From: an uncultured Verrucomicrobiae bacterium
GTDB taxonomy: Bacteria > Verrucomicrobiota > Verrucomicrobiia > Limisphaerales > JAFGQR01
Direction: 5' to 3'
Assembly: GCA_963788655.1 (NCBI GenBank)
Contig: CAWBHS010000037.1
Coordinates: 1-42,902 of the forward strand
DNA length: 42,902 bases
The notes under the pieces are model-generated. The model made no database searches, was not told the origin of the DNA, and was given only the letters and a program-made list of their open reading frames with translations. The translations under genes and the position numbers were made by a program. Below, in pieces: positions 1 through 9,520 of this stretch (its first letter is position 1; each line of letters starts with the position of its first letter).

Positions 1-944
1 GGACACCTTGCACGCTTTGGTTTCTGGACAAGGGCAAGGCAGCTCGACCGCAATCACCCTCACCCCAGCCCTCTCCCAAAGGGCGAGGGGGATTCCAGTT
101 TCAGGGGCTGGTCGAACAGGCGAGAAAGTTGCGCAAAGAGCAGACGCCGGCAGAAGATGCGCTCTGGGAATTGCTCAGAAACAGGCAACTCGCGGACCTG
201 AAATTCCGCCGCCAGCACCAGATCGGGGACTACATCGTGGATTTCTTCTGCGCCGAGCATGGACTTGTTGTAGAACTCGACGGCGAGCCACACGAGACCA
301 GTAAGCGCCAGAAGCACGACGAGAAGCGTGACAAGTATCTGAGATCACTTGGCCACATCGTGCTCCGCTTTGAAAACAAGCTGGTTTTCGAGGATACCGA
401 GAATCTGCTGAACACAATCATCCAATCCCTCCCCTCTACCTCTGGGAGAGGGGCTGGGGGTGAGGGTGACGCGCATGACCGATCCAACACAGTGCTCTTT
501 ATCGATGCGCGTCATGTCTACCGGCAGGTGGACCGCGCGCACCGCGAATGGACGCCCGCGCAGATTGGCTTCCTCGCCAACCTCGTCCGCCTCTATCGCG
601 GCGAAGCCCTCGACTTCACCCTCGGCGGCGACGAAGCCCGCGCCAAGCTCGAAGAAATCTTCGGCACAGCCGCCGTCTCGAAACTGAAAACTGATGACTG
701 TTCACTCGATTACTTACAAAGACATCCCCGGTCTATGCCGCGCCGCCACGCTCAAGGAAATCGAGGCGCAAGGCTGGTCGCTCAACCCCGGCCGCTACGT
801 GGGCGTGGCCGCCGGCGAAGCCGTGAGCGACGAGGATTTCAAGGAACAACTCGAAACGCTGAACGAGGAACTCGAAACCCTCAACGCCCAGGCGCGCGAA
901 CTCGAACAAACCATCGCCGGCAACGTCACGGAGATTCTGGAGGC

Positions 945-948
<4 letters not shown>
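1..948 (+). CDS. hsdM: Type I R-M methyltransferase subunit M, 3' part (5' end outside the window); in-frame DUF559 insertion; frameshift near 690
   Basis: Frame 3 from base 3 reads [12 protein letters not shown]...[insert]...[45 protein letters not shown] 694..948 gives [30 protein letters not shown] and the C-terminal coiled coil. Both are typical of HsdM C-termini. The stop overlaps the hsdS ATG (ATGA 945-948). Confidence 0.9.
56..467 (+). mobile_element. Palindrome-flanked DUF559 (Vsr-like) endonuclease element inserted in-frame in hsdM
   Basis: Left arm accctcaccccagccctctcccaaagggcgagggg (56-90), right arm ctcccctctacctctgggagaggggctgggggtgagggt (429-467). Between them: [58 protein letters not shown]...[17 protein letters not shown], the DUF559 pattern. 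Mobility is inferred. Confidence 0.8.
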
Positions 949-2261
<1,313 letters not shown>

Positions 2262-2420
2262 GCCATGAACACGAATCGATGCCAAATCCGAGGATTATGT
2301 CTGATTCATAAACGGCTTATCTTCAAAATATTGAGCGTGGTTTTTAATCTGAAACAGAAAAAGTATCAAAAAGCACTTGAGCTTTGTGTCTAAACAACCG
2401 AGTATCAATCAGCACTGGCC

Positions 2421-2780
2421 ATGAACGGACCTGAACGCTTAGCCGCCCCGAATGTGGTCCAGCAAATAAAACATGCGTGCCTCGATGATGATGTGCATTT
2501 CAGCGGGATCACCCAGAGGAACATCCTCCTTTGGGGAGTTTCGCGCTCTGTGCTCATCGATGCGCTGATACGTCACATCGATGAAGAGTGCAAGATACAC
2601 GTTAAAGTCTATCCGAACGGCGGGCAGGGATACCACGGAAGCCTGCTTCTCGATCCGGATGATTCTGACACCGTCTATTTTGAAGTGAAGCTGCAAGACA
2701 ATCGCGTGCAAGTGAATCTGAGCCGGGCTTGGCTGCAAGTGAAAGAACACAGCACCGGGTATCCCCCGCTGCCAAGATAG
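2421..2780 (+). CDS. Small hypothetical protein, probable type II toxin (MqsR/RelE-like position)
   Basis: 119-aa ORF immediately upstream of an MqsA-like antitoxin, after an AT-rich promoter-like stretch (2280-2420). No definite motif recognised. Confidence 0.5.
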   Translation: MNGPERLAAPNVVQQIKHACLDDDVHFSGITQRNILLWGVSRSVLIDALIRHIDEECKIHVKVYPNGGQGYHGSLLLDPDDSDTVYFEVKLQDNRVQVNLSRAWLQVKEHSTGYPPLPR

Positions 2781-2792
2781 ACAAAGACAAAT

Positions 2793-3395
2793 TTGACCAT
2801 GAGCATTCATCCTGAAACCTGCTTCACCTGCGGCGAGGGCCACTATCAGGAAGTGATCGAGGATTATCGCCTCGACCTCCCCGAAGGCGAGAACCTAACC
2901 GTGCCAAAGCTGCTGGTCCTCCGCTGCGACAAGTGCGGCGAGGACACCATCCCGCCGGAGTCCTCGCGGCGCATTGAGACAGCCGTCGATCAGCACCAAG
3001 ACACCTTACCACCAGCCGCAGTGCGAGCCTTTCTGGAGCAATTCCAAGTTGACCAGACTGAGGCGGCCGAAGCACTCGGCATGGGTGGAAAAACCCTCCA
3101 CCGCTGGGCGCGCGGCACGCAGCGGGTGAGTCGCTCAATGGGATACTTCCTGCGGGCGTTGATGGCACACCCCGCCGTCTATGAGTGGATCAGGAATCGG
3201 AGTTGGCGGCGCGCAGAACAAAAGGCGAGCGAGACCATCGCCGTGCAACTCGGTGGTTTCTGGGAAGCCGATTACCAGGTCCGCTTTCCGGCGAGTTGCG
3301 GTCGCACGAGCGGAGCCCAAATAGAATCCGCTCCAAAGCCGACAATCCGCCGCTTTAACGCCGCACGCGGACTTCTCATCGCGAACGTCCAATGA
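2793..3395 (+). CDS. MqsA/YgiT-type antitoxin (Zn ribbon + Xre HTH) with C-terminal extension
   Basis: CFTC...CDKC zinc ribbon, then VDQTEAAEALGMGGKTLHRWARG HTH. Confidence 0.8.
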   Translation: MTMSIHPETCFTCGEGHYQEVIEDYRLDLPEGENLTVPKLLVLRCDKCGEDTIPPESSRRIETAVDQHQDTLPPAAVRAFLEQFQVDQTEAAEALGMGGKTLHRWARGTQRVSRSMGYFLRALMAHPAVYEWIRNRSWRRAEQKASETIAVQLGGFWEADYQVRFPASCGRTSGAQIESAPKPTIRRFNAARGLLIANVQ

Positions 3396-5107
3396 ATACT
3401 TTTTGGGTCACTTTCTATTCTTACAAAGGCGGCGTTGGCCGAACGATGGCGCTGGCGAACGTGGCAGCGATGCTTGCCAAGGAAGGCCGGCGAGTTCTGC
3501 TCATCGACTTCGATCTTGAGGCACCGGGCCTGGATGCATTCGAGGGCCTCGGCTGTGCCAAGGGGCATCCGGGCGTCGTGGAATATGCCGCCGAATATCT
3601 TGCCACGGGAAAGGCGCCGCAAATAACGTCGTTTGTCCGGGAGTGTGTTCCAGCTTCCACTCATTTGCGCGGCAAGTTGTGGTTGATGCCCAGCGGAAAG
3701 AAGGACCAACAATACAATCGCGACCGTGCCCGAATAAACTGGACGGAGCTTTATGACAAATATGACGGAGAGCGGTTTATCGAGAATTGGAAAGCAGATG
3801 TCGAGAAGACTTACGCCCCGGATTATGTGCTAATTGATTCTCGAACTGGCCTGACAGATGTCGGAGGCATCTGCACGCTGCATCTGCCTCAGTTGGTGGT
3901 GCTGCTCTACTCACTGAACGACCAAAACATTCATGGTATTGCGGGCGTAGCTCGGGCTATCAGCAAGGCTGAAAATACCAGACCTCCCCAACTTCTGACG
4001 GTTGCAAGTCCTATTCCCATTATGCCAAAGGAGAGAACCGGCCTATTGCAAGAGCGACTTGACTTGGCGGAGAAGGAAATGGGAATAAAACCTCACTGCC
4101 AGATCCACTACGATGGACGGGTGCCGCTCAAGGAGAAGATCGTGATTTGGGAGGACATCGACCCTGTAATTTTAGAACTTAGCCGTCGGAATCCGAGCCT
4201 CGCTTCCGTCCGCGGATTCCGTTCCGGATTAGCCCACGAATACATGCAGCTTCGCCAGAAAATCGTGGAATACGATGTTCGAGGTCTCGATTTTCTCATC
4301 AAAGAAGTGGGGCGAGCGATTGAGGAATTAGACGACCAGCGCGCTAACGAAGCTGTTGAGGCCCTAAAGCGGGATTATCCCGACCGGCCAGAGTGTTATT
4401 ACCAAATCGCGCAAGTGTCCCGAGCATTTGGGAAAATCGACGCAGTTGAATCCGCTCTCCGCAAGGCCGTTGAGGTCGATCCTTTTTATTCACCAGCATC
4501 GGCAGAGTCGATTGGCTTCCTGAAAGTCAAGAAGCGCTATAAGGAAGCAATCGCGGTCTGCCAAGCTCGGCTAAAAGCTGTAAGGAACACAGCGGATTCA
4601 GGTGTCGAGGATTCTCTCCGGATCGACCTGGGTCAGTTATGCATGACCGCGGGTGAATACGAAGAGGCGGTCAAGGTGTACGAGCCTCTACCACGTCGCG
4701 CTTCAACGGAAGAGGGAGGCGATGTCTCACTCCTCGCAAATGCATTCAACTATTCCGAAGCCCGGAGGAGGGCTGGGCGACCCATCTCGACAAGCGAGTT
4801 GAAGGAAATTGTCGCCCTTTACGAGCGGGGCGCAGCTACTGAGGGGGTTGGTTCTGCCGTTATCCGGCTAAACCACATGCAGGCTATGCATATTCCCTAT
4901 GCCCTGCTCGGCGGTACCGACCGTGCCCGCCAATTACTCCAGCAGGTGCCAGACTTGGCAACAGCGGTCTCGCCGCGAGAGCGCATCTTCTCGGTGGTGA
5001 CATACACCGAAATACCAGCCGACCAGTTGCTCCAGCAAACGAGGGAAATGCTCGAAGCTCTGAACGCTGGCAAACTTTGGGATGGAACTCCTCTCCCTGC
5101 TGCTTAG
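3392..5107 (+). CDS. ParA/MinD-like ATPase (KGGVGR variant) fused to TPR-like helical repeats
   Basis: TFYSYKGGVGRTMALANVA deviant Walker A, VLLIDFDLEAPGL, YVLIDSRTG; TPR-like C-terminal half. ATGA overlap with the upstream gene. Confidence 0.8.
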   Translation: MNTFWVTFYSYKGGVGRTMALANVAAMLAKEGRRVLLIDFDLEAPGLDAFEGLGCAKGHPGVVEYAAEYLATGKAPQITSFVRECVPASTHLRGKLWLMPSGKKDQQYNRDRARINWTELYDKYDGERFIENWKADVEKTYAPDYVLIDSRTGLTDVGGICTLHLPQLVVLLYSLNDQNIHGIAGVARAISKAENTRPPQLLTVASPIPIMPKERTGLLQERLDLAEKEMGIKPHCQIHYDGRVPLKEKIVIWEDIDPVILELSRRNPSLASVRGFRSGLAHEYMQLRQKIVEYDVRGLDFLIKEVGRAIEELDDQRANEAVEALKRDYPDRPECYYQIAQVSRAFGKIDAVESALRKAVEVDPFYSPASAESIGFLKVKKRYKEAIAVCQARLKAVRNTADSGVEDSLRIDLGQLCMTAGEYEEAVKVYEPLPRRASTEEGGDVSLLANAFNYSEARRRAGRPISTSELKEIVALYERGAATEGVGSAVIRLNHMQAMHIPYALLGGTDRARQLLQQVPDLATAVSPRERIFSVVTYTEIPADQLLQQTREMLEALNAGKLWDGTPLPAA

Positions 5108-5156
5108 CGGGCCAAGCTGAGGTGAGGGCGTCTCACCAGCAATGCCGACTTGAGCC

Positions 5157-5558
5157 ATGCCTCACGCCTACACCGAAGACCAGCTTGTGGAGCAGCCCGC
5201 CATCGGGTTGTTCGTGGAGCTTGGCTGGGCTGTGGCAGGGCCACCGCCCAATGCCGGCGTGGCCGGCGAGCCGCGTGATGCCGGGTTGCTCGGGCGCGAG
5301 ACGAAGGGCGAGGTGGTGTTGGTGTCCCGGTTGCGCGCGGCGCAATCGGCATTGCCGAACCCTCAACCCGGCCTGTCGGCCACCCTTCTCCCAATGGGAG
5401 AAGGGCTGGGGGATGAGGGTGCGCAGCTTGCACTGCCGCCCGAGGCCATCACCGCCGCCATTGATGAATTGACCCGCGACCTGCTGCCGCGTCTGCTGTC
5501 GGGGCAGATGGAACTGTCAGTTCGCACAAACACCAAGACAGGAGCGCAAACTTTATGA
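5157..5558 (+). repeat. Chimeric linker 1: hsdR 5' fragment fused in-frame to hsdS 3' end (open 133-aa ORF)
   Basis: [19 protein letters not shown]...[16 protein letters not shown] matches hsdR 9521-9786; it continues as LLPRLLSGQMEL, matching hsdS 2205-2250. Junction at shared CGCGACC (5475-5481). Confidence 0.9.
5359..5420. repeat. DUF559-family palindromic element without the gene, in-frame in linker 1
   Basis: accctcaacccggcctgtcggccacccttctcccaatgggagaagggctgggggatgagggt; absent at the equivalent position of the other two hsdR 5' copies. Confidence 0.75.
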
Positions 5559-6265
5559 GTGGGTTCTACAACATTTACTGCGACGAGAGTTGCCATCTGG
5601 AAAATGACCGCGAGCCTGTGATGTTGCTCGGCGCGGTGTGGTGTCCGAAGCCGGAGGCGGGTGCGTTGGCGGTGGAGTTGCGAGCGCTCAAGCAGCAGCA
5701 CAACGCCAAAGGTGAGTTGAAGTGGACGAAGGTCTCCAAATCCAGAATGGCATTCTACGAGGCGGTCGTTGACTGGTTCTTTGCGCGTGCCGATTTGCAT
5801 TTCCGGGCGTTGGTCGTGCAGCACAAGGAGCGGTTGAACCATCAGCAGTTCAACAAGGGGTCGCACGACGCCTTTTACTACAAGATGTATTTCTCGTTGC
5901 TGAACAAAATTCTCAGCCCCGACCAGAAATACAACATCTACCTCGACATCAAGGACACGCGCGGGCGTCAGCGATTGAAGCTCCTGCGCGAGGTGCTGTG
6001 CAACAACGTCCACGATTTCACGAGCGAAATGATCGAACACATCCAGAATGTTCACTCGGGGGAATTGGAGTTGATGCAAGTGGCGGACTTGCTGCTGGGC
6101 GCGGTGGCCTACCGTCATCGTGGCAAGACCGGCAGCCCGGAGAAGGTGGCACTCGTCGAGCGCATTGAGAAGTTGCACCGGCGCGACCTGCTGCATTCCA
6201 CCTCACTGTCCGAACAGAAACTGAATCTGTTCCTGTTCACTCCCAGACCCGCGAACCATGAGTGA
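5555..6265 (+). CDS. DUF3800 domain protein (RNase H-like fold; resembles phage P1 RlfA type)
   Basis: N-terminal YNIYCDESCHLE and C-terminal ELMQVADLLLGA motifs, characteristic of DUF3800. Confidence 0.85.
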   Translation: MSGFYNIYCDESCHLENDREPVMLLGAVWCPKPEAGALAVELRALKQQHNAKGELKWTKVSKSRMAFYEAVVDWFFARADLHFRALVVQHKERLNHQQFNKGSHDAFYYKMYFSLLNKILSPDQKYNIYLDIKDTRGRQRLKLLREVLCNNVHDFTSEMIEHIQNVHSGELELMQVADLLLGAVAYRHRGKTGSPEKVALVERIEKLHRRDLLHSTSLSEQKLNLFLFTPRPANHE

Positions 6266-6743
6266 GAAGCCGTCATGGTTGCCCGAGATGTTCGTGGTCG
6301 AACCCTGGAGCAAGGAGCTTTACGACCGGCTTTACGCCGAAGTGTTTTGCCGGGACTTCAAGGGCACGCCGTTATTTTATTGCGGGTGTGCGGTTTGGTT
6401 TTTCCCGGAAATGGCTTACGGACATGAATTGGTTTTTGTCCATCTGACCAGCCGAAAGAATCCGGGAACGGGTGAGCGTAAAATTGATCCGATGCGTTCG
6501 GCAAGACTGCCGTGGGCGCGGCCATTGATTGAGAATCCAACTGCCGCCGAAGTGCTGGCGTGGGACTTCGAGGAGGATGACGGAAGCATCAACACATACG
6601 TCTGGCTGCCGGACCACGATTACGCCATCATCATGCGGAAGATGGGCGACGACAGCCGTCGGCTCATCACGGCCTACTGGGTCGAGTATGGCCACGAACG
6701 CAGAAAGCTCCGAAGGAAATATGAGCGACGCCTTGCGACCTAA
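6258..6743 (+). CDS. Hypothetical partner of the DUF3800 gene (RlfB-like; possible RNase-type toxin fold)
   Basis: Overlaps the DUF3800 stop; motifs FVHLTS...DPMRSARLPWARPLIE and YAIIM...RRLITAY. Family assignment is from recall, not a search. Confidence 0.55.
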   Translation: MSEKPSWLPEMFVVEPWSKELYDRLYAEVFCRDFKGTPLFYCGCAVWFFPEMAYGHELVFVHLTSRKNPGTGERKIDPMRSARLPWARPLIENPTAAEVLAWDFEEDDGSINTYVWLPDHDYAIIMRKMGDDSRRLITAYWVEYGHERRKLRRKYERRLAT

Positions 6744-6803
6744 AAAAGAAGGCCGACGCAGAGCGTCGGCCCAACTCCTTCTACCGTGGGTAGATGAGAT
6801 GCC
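6741..6803 (-). ncRNA. Putative small structured RNA (DUF3800-associated motif-like) ending in an intrinsic terminator, convergent with the partner gene
   Basis: Minus strand reads ggcatctcaTCTACCcacGGTAGAaggagttgGGCCGACGCtctGCGTCGGCCttctttttta: two hairpins and a U-tract. A TTGACG -35-like hexamer lies upstream on the minus strand (6831-6836). Confidence 0.45.
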
Positions 6804-7167
6804 GAATACATACACCCGTGACGCGCACACCGTCAATACCCAACGTTGGATTTTCGACGGGTATTTGATGGCAAGCCGGGAAACCGCGGCATTTGGAACG
6901 GCCGAAGTGCTGCAAATGCCTGAAAACAAAGGGCGTGGCGTATTTGATGGGTATTTGATGGGAAGGGGCTTTGCAAAGCAGGACGGCCGACAATCATGCG
7001 CAGTGGGTTCGGGCCAATGTTCACGATTTCGGCCATGTTCACGGAGATGTGAACATTGGCTGGCGCGTGAACACGAAGCGAGATTTCCGAACGAACTACG
7101 CAGCAGTTTACTGCCAAGGCCGAGTTTACTGCGCAGTAAACCACCCGGTTTGAGTAAACTTTGAATT

Positions 7168-7504
7168 GTGAGCATCCACGCCTACACCGAGGACCAGCTT
7201 GTCGAGCAGCCCGCTAAGCGGCTGTTGGCCGAGTTGGGCTGGGGTCTGGGGCAGCCGCACCCTCACCTCGGTCCTCTCCCAGAGGGAGAGGAAGTGCCCG
7301 CTTGGGTTGATGAAACGGGATTGTTCGGGCGCGAGACGAAGGGCGAGGTGGTGTTGGTGTCCCGGTTGCGCGCGGCGTTGGAGAAACTCAATCCCACACT
7401 GCCTCCCGAGGCCATAACCGCCGCCGATTGATGAGTTGATCCGCGATCCCGCCGTCCCGGGACTGCCGCGTCTGCTGTCGGGGCAGGTGGAAGTCGGGAC
7501 TTGA
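7168..7504 (+). repeat. Chimeric linker 2: diverged hsdR 5' fragment fused to hsdS 3' end
   Basis: [16 protein letters not shown]...[33 protein letters not shown], then gatgagttgatccgcgat, followed by ctgccgcgtctgctgtcggggcaggtggaa (LPRLLSGQVE, identical to hsdS 2217-2246) and a stop at 7502-7504. Confidence 0.9.
7259..7292. repeat. Solo left-arm palindrome, in-frame in linker 2
   Basis: accctcacctcggtcctctcccagagggagagga, encoding HPHLGPLPEGE. Confidence 0.7.
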
Positions 7505-7506
7505 TG

Positions 7507-7543
7507 CTTTCACGTTTTGTGGCACTTTCACGTAATCGTGAAA
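7507..7543. promoter_or_regulatory. Candidate autoregulatory operator upstream of the AbiEi-like gene
   Basis: Inverted repeat tttcacg-taat-cgtgaaa (7526-7543) plus an extra ctttcacgt half-site (7507-7515), just before ATG 7556. Confidence 0.45.
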
Positions 7544-7555
7544 ACTAGCAAATAC

Positions 7556-8680
7556 ATGAAAGCGTCTCAGCGCACCGCCGCCGAAGTTGAGCGGTTGCTG
7601 CTGGAGAAGTTCCGGTCGTTGCTGGACGGCGTGGTGGGCATTGGACAACCGCAGTTGGAACAAGCGCGCAAAGCCACCGACGAAGGATTTGATGGCGTGG
7701 CGAAAATTCCCCTGCCGAACGGCAAGGAGGCGGTGCTCTACATCGAATGCAAAACCGAGCCGCGTCCGAGTCTTTTTGAAGCGCGCGCCACGAAGGCGCT
7801 GCCGAAAGGCGTCACGCCCGTGCTTGCCGCGCCCCATGTTTCTCCGCGCATGGCTGAATTGTGCCAGTTGCACGGGTGGGGCTGGTATGACCTTGCGGGC
7901 AACTGCCGTTTGCATGTGCCGGGCGCGATTCACATTGAGCGCACCGGTCTGGCGGCGGTGCATCATCCGACCCCGCCCCGCGCGAACTTGGGCACACCGC
8001 ACGCGGCGCGAGTGCTTCGCGCCTTGCTGGCGTTGGACAATCTCGGGCAGCAGTGGACGCAATCCTCCCTGATGAACCACATTGCCAGCGCCCCGCCGCA
8101 AGCGCCGGTGAGCATCGGTTTGGTGAACAAGGTGGTCCGCCACTTGAAGGACGAAGCGTTCGTCGAGGATATGCCAGGCGGCGAATTCCAGATGCGTGAT
8201 CCGCTGAAGCTCTTGTTCGCGTGGCGCGACGCCTATCGCTTCGAGCGTCACGAGCGGCGCGGCTATTTCACCTTGTTGCAGGGAAGGAAGCTGCGCGATG
8301 CCCTGGCCGGTCTGGAGTTGAATCCCGGCGGTCACGCCGCCTACGCCGCTTTCTCGGCGGCGGATTATCAAGCGCCGCATGTGCGCCAGCCCAAGACGTG
8401 GCTTTATCTATCTGCGAGCCTGGACGGCCAGTTTCGGGATGCAGTCGAGGCGAAGCCGGTGGATTCGGGCGAAAACCTGGTCGTGCTGATTCCCGACGAC
8501 GACGGCGTTTTCTATTTGGGCGACGGCGGGACGGTCGGTGACAGCCGGCTTCCCTGCACGAACGCGGTCCAGACGTATGTGGATTTGTATCACTGCGGCG
8601 GTCGGGGTGAGGAAGCGGCGGAGGCGTTGCTGAATCAGCGCCTGAAGCCAGAATGGAAAGTGCGAGGGCTGAACGTATGA
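7556..8680 (+). CDS. Type IV TA AbiEi-like antitoxin/transcriptional regulator with N-terminal restriction-endonuclease-like domain
   Basis: YIECK...APHVSPRMAELC...WYDLAGNCRL, winged HTH (VSIGLVNKVVRHL), C-terminal AVQTYVDLYHCGGRGEEAAEAL; coupled to a nucleotidyltransferase gene. Confidence 0.7.
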   Translation: MKASQRTAAEVERLLLEKFRSLLDGVVGIGQPQLEQARKATDEGFDGVAKIPLPNGKEAVLYIECKTEPRPSLFEARATKALPKGVTPVLAAPHVSPRMAELCQLHGWGWYDLAGNCRLHVPGAIHIERTGLAAVHHPTPPRANLGTPHAARVLRALLALDNLGQQWTQSSLMNHIASAPPQAPVSIGLVNKVVRHLKDEAFVEDMPGGEFQMRDPLKLLFAWRDAYRFERHERRGYFTLLQGRKLRDALAGLELNPGGHAAYAAFSAADYQAPHVRQPKTWLYLSASLDGQFRDAVEAKPVDSGENLVVLIPDDDGVFYLGDGGTVGDSRLPCTNAVQTYVDLYHCGGRGEEAAEALLNQRLKPEWKVRGLNV

Positions 8681-9513
8681 ATCCAGAACCACGGAACGAG
8701 GCGGATTACAGCGAGCGCCAGACGGCGGCGGCGCGGCGGGTCTTGGTGGACGTGGGCCAGGTGCTGGCGTCCTTTATGGATTGTCTCGTGGTGGTCGGCG
8801 GCTGGACGCCGGACTTGCTGTTGCCGGATGCGGACGAACCGCACGTTGGCAGCATTGACGTGGACCTCGCGCTGGATGCCGCCAAGTTGAAGGACGGGCG
8901 TTACGCCGAACTGATAAAGCTGTTACTGGACACGAAACGCTACCGGGCCGGCGATAAGGACTTTCAACTGGTGGTCGAGGTTGACCTCAAGGATGGGGAA
9001 AAGCCCGTGCAGGTGGAGGTGGAGTTTCTTGCACCGAAGGAAGTGAAGCTGAAGAAGAACAGGCCGAAGCTGCTCGCGGATTTCCGTGTCCTTCAGGTTG
9101 AGGCTTGCAGCGAGGCGTTTCACAATCCCGTCGAACTCAAGATACCCGGCCAGAATGTGCGCGGCGCAACCAACACCGTGACATTGCGGGTTGCTTCGCT
9201 GGCGGATTTTCTGGTGATGAAGGCCCACGCCATCGGCGGACGCGACAAGCCGAAGGATACCTACGACTTTTGCTATTGCCTGGAACAGTTTCCCGCCGGG
9301 ATGGAGAAGCTCGCCGAGGATTGGAAGAAGCGAACGGGGGAAAAGAACATCGCCAAGGCGATTGAGATTTTGCGGGAGAAGTTCGCCAGGCGTGGATGCG
9401 TTTCGGCCCGCAGCAACTGGTGGAGTTTCACTCCGCGCCGGACGCGGAAACGCAAGCCATGCACGCGCGGCAGTGCTTACGAACTGGTCCAGAAATTCCT
9501 GAGCCTGTTTTGA
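8677..9513 (+). CDS. Nucleotidyltransferase toxin (AbiEii-like, Pol-beta superfamily); possible frameshift near 9400
   Basis: VVVGGW...HVGSIDVDL signature and FLVMKAHA...RDKPKDTYD motif; ATGA overlap with the antitoxin. Confidence 0.75.
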   Translation: MNPEPRNEADYSERQTAAARRVLVDVGQVLASFMDCLVVVGGWTPDLLLPDADEPHVGSIDVDLALDAAKLKDGRYAELIKLLLDTKRYRAGDKDFQLVVEVDLKDGEKPVQVEVEFLAPKEVKLKKNRPKLLADFRVLQVEACSEAFHNPVELKIPGQNVRGATNTVTLRVASLADFLVMKAHAIGGRDKPKDTYDFCYCLEQFPAGMEKLAEDWKKRTGEKNIAKAIEILREKFARRGCVSARSNWWSFTPRRTRKRKPCTRGSAYELVQKFLSLF

Positions 9514-9520
9514 CCGACGA

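Noticed and set aside
6372..7175. ORFs 6372..7175 (-) and 6529..7164 (+)
   Set aside because: They overlap a better-supported gene, show no recognisable motifs and run through repeat-rich spacer DNA.
2262..9520. Classical integron with attC sites, or an hsdS shufflon
   Set aside because: No integrase or invertase in the window and no attC-like sites recognised; the repeats are direct, hsd-derived coding fragments rather than inverted hsdS copies.
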